The notes beneath the pieces were generated by a model. The model made no database searches and was not told the origin of the DNA. It saw only the letters and a list, made by a program, of their open reading frames with translations. Source: Mobula hypostoma (Eukaryota). Taken from it: a DNA stretch of 64,000 nt. A program made the position numbers and the translations under genes. This document shows, piece by piece, positions 50,607 to 63,690 of this stretch (its first letter is position 1; every line of letters begins with the position of its first letter). The stretch spans positions 144,896,001 to 144,960,000 of the forward strand of contig NC_086097.1 in assembly GCF_963921235.1 (NCBI RefSeq). The letters are read 5' to 3'.

Positions 50607-51763
50607 GGACAAGCCAGCGAGCACTGTGAGGGTCATGTTTTTTGACTTCCCCAGTGCGTTCAGCACCATGCGCCCTGCTCTGCTGGGGGAGAAGCTGACA
50701 GTGATGCAGGTGGATGCTTCCCTGGTATCATGGTTCTTGATTACCTGACTGGCAGACCACAGTACGTGTGCTTGCAACACTGTGTGTCCGACAGAATGAT
50801 CAGCAGCACTGGGGCTCCACAGGGGACTGTCTTGTCTCCCTTTCTCTTCACCATTTACACCTCAGACTTAAACTACTGCACAGAGTCTTGTCATCTTCAG
50901 AAATTTTCTGATGACTCTGTCAAAGTTGGATACATCAGCAAGGGAGATGAGGCTGAGTACAGGGCTACGGTAGGAAACTTTGTCACAAGGTGTGAGCAGA
51001 ATTATCTGCAGCTTAATGTGAAAAAGACTGAGGAGCTGGTGGTAGACTTGAGGAGAGCTAAGGTACCGGTGACCCCTGTTTCCATCCAGGGGGTCAGTGT
51101 GGACATGGTGGAGGATTACAAATACCTGGGGATACGAATTGACAATAAACTGGACTGGTCAAAGAACACTGAGGCTGTCTACAAGAAGGTTCAGAGACAT
51201 CTCTATTTCCTGAGGAGACTGAGATCCTTTAAGATCTGCCGGACGATGCTGAGGATGTTCTACGAGTCGGTGGTGGCCAGTGCGATCGTGTTTGCTGTTG
51301 TGGGCTGGGGCAGCAGGCTGAGGGTAGCAGATACCAACAGAATCAACAAACTCATTCGTAAGGCCAGTGATGTTGTGGGGATGGAACTAGACTCTCTCAC
51401 GGTGGTGTCTGAAAAGAGGATGCTGTCTAAGTTGCATGCCATCTTGGTCAATGTCTCCCATCCACTACATAATGTACTGGTTGGGCACAGGAGTACATTC
51501 AGCCAGAGACTCATTCCACCGAGATGCAACACAGAGCGTCATAGGAAGTCATTCCTGCCTGTGGCCATCAAACTTTACAACTCCTCCTTTGGAGGGTCAG
51601 ACACCCTGAGCCAATAGGCTGGTCCTGCACTTACTTCCTGGCATAATTTACATATTACTATTTAACTATTTATGGTTTTATTACTATTTAATTATTTATG
51701 GTGCAACTGTAACGAAAACCAATTTCCCCCAGGATCAATAAAGTATGACTATGACTATGACTA
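50607..51763 (+). mobile_element. Young Rex1/Babar LINE 3' portion with open RT C-terminal frame (50730-51617), inserted in the Gypsy 3' LTR
   Basis: TGAPQGTVLSPFLFTIYT, LQKFSDDS, LQLNVKKTEELVVD, YKYLG. AATAAA plus (ACTATG)n tail. Confidence 0.92.
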
Positions 51764-52269
51764 TTTTCTTTTAGATCAATGACACCCTCTCTTCACCCTA
51801 CATATTGATCTGTCATCCCTCTCTCGCTACAATGTGAATACACCAGTTAAAGCCAACTTCCTTTTATTTAATACATATGTAGTTGTGCTCAGACACAACA
51901 CAAACCTAATCGTGGGACAGTTTACAGTGACCAGTTAAGCTACCCGATATGTCTTTGGACTACAGAAGGGAACCGGAGGACCTGGACAAAACCCTTGCAT
52001 TCCACAGGGAGGACATACAGAGACTCCTTCCAAAACAGAGCTGGAATTGAACTCCAAACTCTGGAACACCCCAATATGTGATAGCATTGTGTTATTGACC
52101 CTAGGCTGACCTGCAACAAGTATGGCCACTTTCTGCAGTGTGTACACTCTCCAGGCATTGACCATTCCAAGTTTATTTGGAGAATAACCTGTCAGGAATA
52201 AAAGTAGTTTTAGATCAAGGATGCACCTCATCCCTCAAATAACTGAAGCATTCCTTGCTGGTAATAACC

Positions 52270-52400
52270 TCACAGAGTCATTTCACATAAGATCCTGACA
52301 GCCGGCAGACAGAAAAGATTTTCATTCCATCGCCGTGGTCTGGATGTGAACCCAACTCCCAGGAGTCAAAGTCTAGTGGTTAACCCACTGCACCACCCTA
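52270..52400 (-). mobile_element. tRNA-derived SINE head resembling LF-SINE
   Basis: Minus strand GGGTGGTGCAGTGGGTTA (box A), GGGTTCACATCC (box B), CTGCCGGCTGT..TATGTGAAATGA. Confidence 0.45.
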
Positions 52401-54900
52401 TCCCCCCCAGGACACGATTAAAAATGTAACTCTTGAGTTTGACAGATTTTTGATTTTGATTTCTGTTGACCTTTCTTCCATGGAATATTTGGTTGAAATG
52501 CAGAACGCTGACGACATCATCATAGAAATGGTTGGCAGGAATTCCTCAACCACAGGGTATGAGAGAGCTGAGTTAACAGCAGTGAAATGACAGATTTACT
52601 CAAGCACCCTGTGTTAAAGACTATGTCTATTGATGCTCCGTCAGTTCTCTCTCACTAAAACTCCTCCTCAGTAGTTTCCCAGATGATGTAATCAAAAGTG
52701 CTCCTTGAATCAATGTATTCAAACATAGGGCCATATCAAACCAAGGCAACAGCTCACCATCCCACTTCAGAATATTACTCTATGTAATTGGTAGATTCAG
52801 ATCAGTAAACTGCTAATCAATTTGTTAACAGAAGTCATGCAGAAATCAATAGAAAACAATCCTGATGTGTAAAGACCTCACAAATTGAGCATTGAATATA
52901 TTTGTCTATTCTGAAATTAAATTCCTAATTCATTAAACTCCAGGGAATTTAAAGAGATATAAAGGATTGTTTGTTGGCCTTGATATTACTGACTGATTTG
53001 TTAAACAGATCAGAACCGAGGCTGGGCCATCTGCAATATTAATTACCTCACTTGCGGCAGTACGTCTAGAGATGAATTGTGATTATATGACTATTTCAGC
53101 AGGTGCTCTGAGGTTCATGTAAAAGTTACTCTGAACAACACCTCCATTTGCTGTCATAAAGTCATTGAGACATTCATCTTGGAAATAGTCCCTATGGCCC
53201 ACTGAGTCAATGCTGGCTGTCAACCACCTATCTACATTACTGACCACCTATACATTAACGACAGTCTGTAATGGCCGATTAACCTGCTGAACATTATTCC
53301 CTTGGGATGTGGGAGGAAACCAGGGCACCCAGAGGAAATCCACACCATCACAGGGAGAACAGACACAAGGAGAAGAAGTCAGGACTGAACTCAGTTCTCT
53401 GGTGCTGTGAGGCCGCATGTCTACCACCTGTGCCATTGTGGCAGCCACTTGTACATGACATCTGTCAATTGTGGGCAATGTTGTTTCTAAATCAAATGGT
53501 AATTGACCCATAAAGTCAGTGAGCACTACAGCACAGAAACAGGCCCTTCAGCACACCTTGTTCATGCTGAAATGTTATTATGTCTTGTCCCATTACCCAC
53601 ACCTGGCCCATAGCTGTCCAGACCTCTCCTATCCATGTACAAACGTGTACTTACCTAAATATCTCTTAAATGTCGAAATTGAACCTGCGTCCACTAATTC
53701 TACTGGCACCACGTACCACCTCTGAATGAGGAAGTTCCCCCTCAGGTTCTCCTTAGATACTTCACCCTTCACATTTAACCTATGACCTATGATTCTGGTT
53801 TTACCCAACTTCAACCTTGTCTGTATTTCTCTTAATTGTATATACCTTTATCAATTCTCCCCTTATTTTCCTATGCTGTAGTATAATATCCACTGCAGAC
53901 TTGATCACATCAGTTACGTTGGAACTTCAATAAAAAGTTGAAGAAACTGAATGTTACGAAAGAGAATTTGTCAATGTTGACTTTTGGACAGCCAGTTGTA
54001 GGTTGTATTGAGCAGCCAACTATTCTAGTAGCAAAGTCCTCATGAGTCCAGCCTCAGACGAGCTGTAGAGTGTGCGAAAGGTAAATTGATGCCTCGTCCA
54101 TGGCCTGAATTGTGAACTGGAGTTAGTGAAGAGCAGGAAGGATTACAGTATATATAGATTTATGGATTAATAGAGTTATGCACCATGGAAACAGGATTTT
54201 TAAAGCCCAACTTGCCCATATTGACCAAAATGTCTATACACACTAATCCCATTTGCCTGCTTTTGCCCATATCCTTCTACTTTTGCCTTTCAAACATTGT
54301 GATTGTATCTGCCACTTCCACCTCATTTTATATACATATACTCGCCACTATCTGTATGAAAACAGTCCCTTAGGCCTCCTTTATATCTTGTCCCTCAGAC
54401 ATGCTCTTTAGTTTTAGAGTCCCTTAATTGGTGAAAACGACTGTGACTATGCTCTCTCTGCCATCACATTATTTTATAAGCACTTATAAGATTATCCCTC
54501 AGCCTTCTTTGCCCCAATGAAAACAGTCCCAGTTCATCAAACCTCCCTTTACAAACTTGGATGATACTTGATTGGCCATTAACGAGGCTTTGACTAGCAG
54601 CAGAAATGAACCTAATGATCAGGGGTGTAATTCCTTGTGTATCAAAATTTCTACAGCTGGAATAGAAGGCTGGAATGGAGAAGGTGGCTCTTCTCTAGAG
54701 GACAAGGTTAAACACATTATACTACAGAGGACGTTGGTGGGGCAGCCAAGTAAGCCATGATTCAGTGTCTAAGTGTCAGTAACAGAATGGTGTTGAGAGA
54801 GATAATAAATCACCTTTTATTAAAAGTTTGCAAACATTCGGCATGGCATCTTAAAACTTCGACAAAATTCTACAGAGTGGAATTTTGCATCACAGCCTGT

Positions 54901-57900
54901 TAAGACCATAAGATCATAAGACATAGGAGCAGAAGTAGACCAGTCGGCCCATCGAGTCTGTTCTGCCATTCAATCATGGGCTGACCCAATTCTTCCAGTC
55001 ATCTGCACTCCCCAGTCTTCTCCCCATTCCCTTTGATGCCCTGGCTAATCAAGAACATATCTATCTCTGCCTTAAATGCACCCAATGACTTGGCCTCCAC
55101 AGCCACTCGTGGCAATAAATTCCACAGATTTACCACCCTCTGACTAAAGTAATTTCTCCGCATCTCAGTTCTAAAAGGACGTCCTTCAATCCTGAAGTCG
55201 TGCCCTCTTGTCCTAGAATCCTCTACCATGGGAAATAACTTTACCATATCTAATCGTTCAGGCCTTTTAACATTTGGAATGTTTCTATGAGATCCCCCCT
55301 CATTCTCCTGAACTCCAGGGATTACAGCCCAAGAGCTGCCAGACGTTCCTCAAATGGTAACCCTCTTATTCCTGGAATCATTCTCGTGAATCTTCTCTGA
55401 ACCCTCTCCAATGTCAGTATATCCTTTTTAAAATGAGGAACCTAAAACTGCACATAATACTCCAAGTGTGATCTCACGAGTGCTTTATAGAGCCTCAACA
55501 TCACATCCCGGCTCTTATATTCTGTACCTCAAGAAATGAGTGCCAACATTGCATTCACCTTCTTCACAACCAACTCAACCTGTAGGGTAACCTTTCGGGT
55601 ATCTTGCATAAGGACTGTTACGTACCCCATAACTGGGTTGCCAAACCAGCAGAAATGGACCACTTAGTTGGAGTCTGGATTACTGGAACTAAGAAAGTTT
55701 TATTAAAGAAATAAGCAACGCAATACTCTAATAGTAAGGATATAAATGCAACAGGTTAACAATGAATAAACACACATGTACACAGAACTAGGATAATAGG
55801 ATCAATCAAGCTCTATCGCAGTCTAGGGGTAAATGATCAGTTTCGAGTGACGCAAAGTTTAGTTCAATTTAGTTCAGTTCAGTTCGCAGTAATCGCTGTT
55901 GTGCCGTTGGGGCGGGGAGAAGAGAGAGAGCGAAAGCGAATGAATATTCAAACCAGATTCCACACAGACCTTCGATATTCCTCGCAGTTAGCTTTCGGGC
56001 GAGTCCTTTGTAATGTCTTCTGAGGTCACCGACTGTGACCCCTCCGTTCCAGATACGATCGTTCTTCTGCGGTGAACCCGGCACCCTGGCAAGGGCGGAC
56101 ACACACACCAGGTTCCCGCCCGACCGTATCTTTCCACCCTGTGCATCTATAGCTGGTCCCACAATCAGACCTCCAAAAACTCCCACCAACTTGTGGGGGG
56201 GGGGGGCACACCGCTTTCAGGGTCTCGTTACCTCGTGGAGTCGTGTGTCTCTTGCCTTAGCGAACCTGTCCCTTTTTATCCTCCTGCTGGGGTATCGCCT
56301 GTCCATCAAACTTCAAACAGTTCAGGGTTCAAAGCCACCGGTCTCTGACAATGCTCGGAACCGTGTCTCCTTTCGGTAATCTCTCTCATCTCTCTCTTCT
56401 TAGCACCTTGCATGTTCCCACATTGTCCTCTTATCGGCATCAATCTTCTGATAACTGGTTCTTTTGTCACAGGACTCCCAAGTCTCTTTGCATCTCTGCA
56501 TTTTGAACTCTCCCCCTCAACTAAATAATAGTCTGCTCGTTTATTTCTTCCACCAGAGTGCATGGCCATACACTTGCGAACATTATATTTCATTTGCCAC
56601 TTCTTTGCCCATTCCCTTAAACTATCTAAGTCTCTCTGCGGCCTCTCTGTTTCCTCAACACTACCTGCTCCTCCACCTATCTTTGTATCATCAGCAAATT
56701 TAGCCACAAATCCATTAATACTGTAGTCCAAATCATTGACATACATCGTAAAAAGTAACGGTCCCAACACCAACCCCTGTGGAACTCCACTGGTAACCAG
56801 CAGCCAGCCAGAATAGGATCCCTTTATTCCCGCTCTCTGGCTTCTGCCGACCAGCCAATGCTCCACCCACGCTAGTAACTTCCCTGTAATTCCATGGGCT
56901 CTTATCTTGCTAAGCAGCCTCATGTGTGGCACCTTGTCAAAGGCCGTCTGAAAATCCAAGGACCACATGTCTACTGTATCTTCTTTGTCTACCCTGCTCG
57001 CAATTTCCTCAAAGAATTGTAGTAGGTTTGTCAGGCAGAATCTTCCTTTTAGGAAACCATGCTGGCTTTGGCCTATCTTGTCACATGCCTCCAGGTACAC
57101 TGTAATCTCATCCCTAACAATCGATTCCAACAATTTCCCAACCACTGATGTCAGACTAACATGTCTATAGTTTCCTGTCTGCTGCCTCCTACCCTTCTTT
57201 CTCTTTCAATCTTTTTATTCCTCCTACCCTTCTTAAGTAGCGGAGTAACATTTGCAATTTCCAGTCATCTGGTACAATGCCAGGATCTATCGATTCTTGA
57301 AAGATCATCGTTAATGCCTCTGCAATCTCTCCAGCTACTGCCTTCAGAACCTGAGGGTGCATTAAATTTCCTGAGCACCTTCTCAGTCATAATTTTCACT
57401 GCACATACTTCACTTCCCTGACACTCTTGAATGTCTGGTATTCTGCAGATGTCTTCCACTGTGAAGACTGATACAAAATACACATTCAGTTCCTCTGCCA
57501 TCTCTGCATCTCTCATTACAATATCTCCAGCATTATTCTGTATTGGTCCTATAATCTAATCTAATCTACAAACGTAATCTAATCTACCCTCAACTCTCTT
57601 TTACCCTTTATATACTTAAAAAAGCTTTTACTATCTTCTTTGATATTAGTCACCAGCTTCCTTTCATAATTCATCTTTTCCTTTCTAATGACCTTCTTAG
57701 TTTCCTTCTGCAAGTTTTTAAAAGCTTTGCAATCCTCTATCTTCCTCACTAGCTTTGGATTCTTTGTATGCCCTCTCTTGTATGCTCTCTCTCTCTTTTG
57801 CTTTTACTTTGGCTCTGACTTCACTTGACAGCCACGGTAGTGTCCTTCTTCCCTTTTAAAATTTCTTCTTATTTGGAAGATATCTGTCTTGCACTTCCGT

Positions 57901-58850
57901 CATTTTTTGCAGAAACTCCAGCCATTGCGATTCCGCTGTCCTTCCTGCAAATGTTCCTTTCCAGTCAACTTCAGCCAGTTCCTCTCTCATGTCATTGTAA
58001 TTTCCTTTATTCCACTGAAATAACGACACATTAGATTTTACTTTTTCCCTCTCAAATTTCAATGTGAACTCGATCACATTGTGATCACTGTTCCTTACCT
58101 TAAGCTCACTTATCACCTCTGGATCATTGCACAACACCCAATCCAGCACAGCCGATCCCCTAGTGGGCTCAACAACAAGCTGTTCTAAAAAGCCATCCCT
58201 TAGACATTCTACAAATTCACTCTCTTGAGGTCAAGTACTGGCCAAGTTTTCCCAATCCACTTTCATGTTAAAATCCCCAACGATTATCATGACATTGCCC
58301 TTCTGACACGCCTTTTCTATCTCCTGTTGTAATTTGTAATTCACATCCCGGCTGCTGTTTGGAGGCCTGTGTACAAATGCCATTAGGGTCCTTTTACCAT
58401 TGTCATTTCTTAACTCAACCCATAAACACCCTACACCTTCTAATCTTGCGTCATCTCTCTCTAATGATTTAATATTATTTCTTATACTCAGAACCACACC
58501 ACCCCCTCTGCCAACTAACCTATCTTTCTGATACACCGTATATCCTTGAACATTCAGCTCCTCATGGCAGCCATCTTTTAGCCAAGTTTCAGAGATGGCC
58601 ACAACATCATACTTGCCAATCTGTAGCTGAATTTCAAGATCGTCCATTTTATTTCTTATGCTACGTGCATTCAAATACAACACTCTCAGTCCATTTTTTG
58701 TTGCTTTCTGTTTTAACTGTACCACGTCTCTATTGCCCTGTAACTCATGTCACTGGCTTTGATTAAGCCTCATCTCCTGCCTGTTCTTTCTACAATCTCT
58801 GTTGCACGTTATCTTTGATTTATTTCTGCTTTCCCTTTCCTCAGCCCTAG
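54901..58850 (-). mobile_element. CR1 LINE, whole decayed ORF2, interrupted by a solo LTR
   Basis: VLYLNARSIRNK..VAISETWL..IVGDFN (58231-58725), LDWVLCN..SDHN, GVPQGLVLGP..KFADDTK; (CATAAGA)n tail at about 54901-54925. Confidence 0.9.
55616..56471 (-). mobile_element. Solo LTR (856 bp)
   Basis: Termini TGTTAC...GTCACA, TSD GGAC (55612-55615 / 56472-56475). Minus-strand TATA-like GATAAAAAGGG (about 56275) and AATAAA (about 55700) give the orientation. Confidence 0.82.
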
Positions 58851-58857
58851 CTATCCT

Positions 58858-59763
58858 CAGATTGGTGGAGCGGCAAATTGTGTTGAGGAAACAGGTAGGA
58901 TGCAGAAGGACTTAGACAGATTAGGACAATGGGCAAGAAAGTGGCAACTGAAATGCAATGTTGGAAAATGCATGGTCATGCACTTTGGTGAGTAGAAACA
59001 AATGTGCGGACTATTTTCTAAACAGGGAGAAAATCTAGGAATCTGAAATACAGAGGGACTTGGGAGTTCTTGTGCGGAAAACCCTGAAAGTTAACTTGCA
59101 GGTTCAGTTGGTGGTGAGGAAGGAAAATGTCATGTTAGCATTCATTTCAAGAGGTCTAGAATACAAGAGCAAGGATGTGATATTGTGGCTTTATAAGGCA
59201 CTTGTGAGGCCTCACCTTGAGTATTGTGAACAGTTTTAGGCCCCTCATTTTAGAAAAGATGTGCTGGCATTGGAGAGGATCCAGAGGAGGTTCACAAGGA
59301 TGATTCCAGGAATGAAAGGGTTATCATACGAGGAACGTTTGATGGCTCTGGGTCTGTACTCGCTGGAATTCAGAAGGATTGGGGGGAATCTCATTGAAAC
59401 CTATTGAACGTTGAAAGGCCTAGATGGTAGATGTGGAAAGGGTGTTTCCGATGGTGGGAGAGTCTCGGACAAGAGGGTGCAGCCTCGGGATAGAGGGGTG
59501 CCCTTTCAAAACAAAGCAGAGAAATTTCTTTAGCCAAATGGTGGTGAATTTGTGGAATTTGTTGCCACATGCAGCTGTGGAGGCCAGGTTGTTGGGTCTA
59601 TTTAAGGCAGAGATTGATAGGTTCTTGATTGGACATTGCAATGGAGAAGGCCGGGAACTGGGGTTGAGGAGGAAATAGAAAAAAGTATCAGCCATGATTG
59701 AATGGCAGAACATTCTCGATGGGCCAGATGGCCTAATTCTGCTCCTATGTCTCATGGTCTTAT
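58858..59763 (+). mobile_element. CR1 3' fragment
   Basis: QKDLDRLGQW, YKALVRPHLEYC, RTRGCSL..VVNLWNLLP; tail CCTAATTCTGCTCCTATGTCT. Confidence 0.88.
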
Positions 59764-61030
59764 ATTTACTTTGAACTTTGAAATCATCCAGTATTGAATG
59801 GCAGAGCAGACTTGACAGGCCGAATTGTTTAATTCTGCTTCTATGTCTTATGTCTTATGTCCCATGTATCTGCCTCCATTACAGCCCCACCACTCTCTGT
59901 GGAAAAAAAATCTTGCCCTTCACATCTCTTTTGAACTTTTCTCTTCTCACCTTAAATGCACGCCTTCTTGGATTAGACATTTCAACACAGCGAAATATCT
60001 CTCCACTCTTTAAGAAGGAAGGGAAACAAAAGAAAGAAAATTATAGGCCAGCGAGCCTGATTTTAGTAGTTGGAAAGTTATGAGAGTTCATTATTAAGGA
60101 TGATGTTTCGAGGTATTTGGAGGCACATGATATAATAGGCTGAAGGGGAAATCTTGCCTGACAAATCTGTAGGAATCTTGGAGGAAATAACAGGCAGGAT
60201 AGAGAAAGAAGAATTAATAGATTTTGTTTACTTGGATTTTCAAAAGGCCTGTGACAGGATGCTGCACATGAGGCTTCTAAACAAGATAAGAGCCCATGGG
60301 ATTACAGGAAATATACTAGCATGGATAGAAGATTAGTTGACTGTTAGAAGGCAAAGAGCGGGAATGAAGGGGACTACCATAGGGGTTGATGTTGAGGAAT
60401 CGGTGAATTTGCAGAAGGACTTGATCAGACTAGGAGAAGGGAAGGGACAAAGAAGTGACAGTTGGAATATAGTGAAGGAAAGTGTATGCTCATGCACTTT
60501 GGTAGAAGGTATAAAGACAGCCAATTTTCTAAATGGGGAGTGAATTCAGAAATCAGAGGTGCACAGGTCTTTGGAGCCTTAGTGCAGGTTAACTTGCGGG
60601 TTAAGTCAGTAGCAAGGAAGGCAAAGATAAGTGCAAGAATGTAATGTTAAGGCGTTGGTCAGACCACATTTGAAGTACAGTTCGACCTTCACTAATCCGG
60701 TTTCTTTGATAATCCGCACTGATTTCAAATTTTCCGTGTAACTGTGATTTTAAATTTTCTGGGCCAGGCCACCGTACCAATCTGCTGTGCATTGTCTTGG
60801 TTGTGCTAGATCTGTTCACGTGTTGGTGCACTCTTGTAAGCACAGACAGGCAATTCCTGCTTGTTTTCCTGTATTTCTTAATATCATTTGCATGAGGCAT
60901 GGCTGCCTGGCACCCGCCAGCGGGGGGGGGAGCTGGCGCACGCTGGGTCGGTCCGCCTTCTTGCCCACCTGCCGGCTGTCACGCACTTACCCTCCAGCAT
61001 TGCCCGGCCGGCGCTCCGTTCTCTTCTCCC

Positions 61031-61127
61031 TACGACCTCAGATCAGACGTGGTGACCTGCTGAATTTAAGCATATTACTAAGCGAAGGAAAAGAAACTGA
61101 TGAGGATTCCCTCAGTAACTGTGAGTG
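61031..61127 (+). pseudogene. 28S rRNA 5'-end fragment (about 97 nt), preceded by GC-rich putative ITS2 (about 60895-61030)
   Basis: CGACCTCAGATCAGACGTGGTGACCTGCTGAATTTAAGCATATTACTAAGCGAAGGAAAAGAAACT..GGATTCCCTCAGTAACTGTGAGTG matches the start of vertebrate 28S, with CpG-to-TpG decay. Confidence 0.92.
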
Positions 61128-61434
61128 CAATGTAGTCTTTGGGGTAACTGCAAGTCTGTGTCTTTGCTTTCGCTTAGCTCACGCTCGAGTGCTGGTAGCG
61201 GGTGCGCCTTATTTTTTGCCAGTGCTGGGGGGGGGGGGATATTGTTGCTCGCTGCTGCTTACGTGCAGGAGGGAGGGGAGCCGGGGGGGTGGGGAACTTA
61301 GGGGTTCTAACATTTAACTGTCGTTCATTCTTTGGGGCATTCCTCTGTTTTCGTAGATGGTTGCGAAGAAAAAGCATTTCAGGATGTATATTGTATACAT
61401 TTCTCTGACATTAAATGAACCTTTGAATCCTTTG
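61128..61434 (+). mobile_element. LINE-type 3' UTR/tail fused to the rRNA fragment
   Basis: Ends TTGTATACATTTCTCTGACATTAAATGAACCTTTGAATCCTTTGA (ATTAAA signal plus short tandem tail), similar in style to the Rex1-type tail at about 32065-32088. Confidence 0.6.
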
Positions 61435-63690
61435 ATATTTTAAAAGTATGATGTGGCGTTTAGCTATTGCTTAATGTGATCCTTCTGTAATTCAGCATTT
61501 TCACTAATCCAGCACTCCTCAAGTTTCAGCGGTGCCGGATTATGGAAGATCGACCCGTATTGTGAGCAATTTTCGGCCCCATATCAAAGAAAGGGTATGC
61601 TGGCCTTGGAGAGTGTCCAGAGGTGATTCACGAGTATGATCCTAGGAATGAAAGGGTTCAAGTATGAGGAGGGTTTAATGGCTCTGGGCTTGTAGTCGCT
61701 GATGTTTAGAAAAAATAGGGGTGTGGGGTGATCTCATTAAAACCTACTGAACACTGAAAGGCCCAGATAGAGTGGACATGGAGTGGATGTTTCCAATAGT
61801 GGGAGAGTCTTGGACCAGAGAGCTCGGTCTTAGAATACAAGGAACTCCCTTTAAAACAGAGACACAGAGAAATTTCTTTAGCCAGACGGTGGGAAATCTG
61901 TAGAATCCATTGCCACAACCGAGTCATTGGGTATATTTAATGCAGAGATTGATAGGTTCTTGATTAGTTAGGGCATCAAATATTACAGGGAGAAGGCAGG
62001 AGAATGGGGTCAAGAGGGATAATAAATCAGCTAATCTGGAATGGCAGAGCAGAATTGATGGGCCAAGATGGCCTAATTGTGTTTCTATGTTTTATGGACT
62101 TAATGGACTTTTATGGCTTGGATGGAGTCCTTAAAACGTTGAACCATTGTAGAATCCACCAGTAACAAAGAAATTAATCAATAAGGGACACATAAGGTGT
62201 TGATAATATCTTTAAGTAGCACTGGTGGAGTTCCTTTCAGTTGCCTACCCTGTTGTGAAAGGTTAGTATGGGAATTGTACTGAATGGGGTCATAATCCAG
62301 GGGTTCTACAAAGGATACAAAGATAGGTGGGGTGTGGTGGTGTTAAAGAAATGGGGAGACTGCAGAAGGACTTGAACAGATTAGGAGAATGGGCAATGAA
62401 GCGAATGGTGGATGATAATCACTTACATGTTCATCGATATGGTGCTAGACATAATTCAGAGCAGAAGTGGATACTATTTTAATCCATAAACACATGTGTA
62501 GTATCCTAGCAACAAACTGCCTCTCCACCAAGCCCAATTTGGTGCTGCTTTGTCATTCTTTCTATTTGTTCATTCCTTCATTCTCCCTTTTCACCTCACC
62601 TTATATCTATGCTCTGTTAATATCCAAGTCCAAAGCAAGGTTTATTCTTCAGCACAGTTATGTATGTATTGTGGGTCTAACAGCTCTGTTTAGATCCTTC
62701 CCCAGCCTATACATAAGCCTGGACCAATATATGTATATCCTCTGCTGAAAATTCAGCTCTGAGATCAGACCAAACTGTTGTTATTCTTGCTTTCGAAATA
62801 ATTAGAAGTATGTAGGAGTGCAGTGAGCTTGTATTCATGGCATGTGATGGCATTTTTGTGTTTATATTTCTGCTGATAGAATTTGTTCCATGTGTAGAGG
62901 CCAGCTGTCTGCTGGAACTCAGCACACATCACATTCCTGCATCCCTGCAGCACATGCTGCACATTCAGTAAGTGAGCAGAAGAAATTGTCTCCCTTCTCT
63001 CAGTGTCCTTTCTCATTGCTACAAAAGCATTTCATCAGAGAAAACCCTGTTGGTAACTTATGGCAAAATATGTGATGAATTTCTTTAAATGTCTGCCTTT
63101 CCTGACGAGAGACAGTTGAGAGATATTTCCATCATTTTATCCTTCCATAGAGATTATGGCTTGAAGTAACAAGAAAATCCTGTGCTCCTATGGTCCTCAG
63201 AGTCCTGCCAGCAGTATTGGAATTCCTGGTAGGACCACCCAGGCCTGACAGGTCAAAAGGCAGCAGACTAACGACTGACGTAGAGCTTCCTGGTAGGTGT
63301 TTGAAAGTCAGGCTAACAACCAGTCTACGTAAAAATGGTCTTTCATTACAGAAAGACACCAGAGACAAGAAGAGTTTATTATAGACTGGCAGATATAAAC
63401 ATTGACTGTGGAGAACCACAATCTGCTGGAGCGGTAGCAAGATGGTACTCTGATCAAAGTTAAAAGACATTGACAGACCATAGTGGAAGGAATGGGTGGC
63501 TTCACGTCCTGCTCAGAAAAAGAGAGAAGTTAACTGGTTGAAGTGTTTATGTTCTCAGTGGTAAAGTCAGGAAGAGGACATGTTATGTGCATCATCTGCA
63601 CTTATCGTCTTTCCCTTCAGTAGGTTGCTCCTGAACCTAACTGGAGCTGTTGTAGCTCAGGTCCAATTCAGAAATCAAGAGTAATGTGAT

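Larger units (their letters stand above)
40755..51900 (+). mobile_element. Complete but old Ty3/Gypsy LTR retrotransposon carrying nested L1 and Rex1
   Basis: LTRs 40755-40967 and 50597-51900 (TGTAATGTAT...ACA), TSD CTAAC/CAAAC, PPT AAAAGGGGAGGAAA. The V-SINE host is continuous across it. Confidence 0.9.
60678..61557. mobile_element. Tc1/mariner-superfamily (pogo/Tigger-like) MITE with TA TSD
   Basis: TA|CAGTTCGACCTTCACTAATCCGG ... CCGGATTATGGAAGATCGACCCG|TA, with subterminal TAATCCG/TAATCCAG repeats. Confidence 0.75.
59990..62105 (+). mobile_element. Old CR1 RT-3' fragment with deletions, host of a MITE
   Basis: PLFKKEG..NYRPASL, VYLDFQKA, RPHLKY|CEQF across the MITE, CR1 tail at about 62070-62100. 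Confidence 0.8.

Noticed and set aside
61031..61127. Functional rDNA locus
   Set aside because: Only about 97 nt of 28S, with CpG decay, no 5.8S or 18S, and embedded in TEs.
60787..61317. 176-aa ORF
   Set aside because: It spans MITE, rRNA fragment and repeat tail, so it is a chance GC-rich frame.
62400..63690. Possible host exon(s) in unique sequence
   Set aside because: The short ORFs show no recognisable protein motifs and cannot be supported without RNA-seq or homology.
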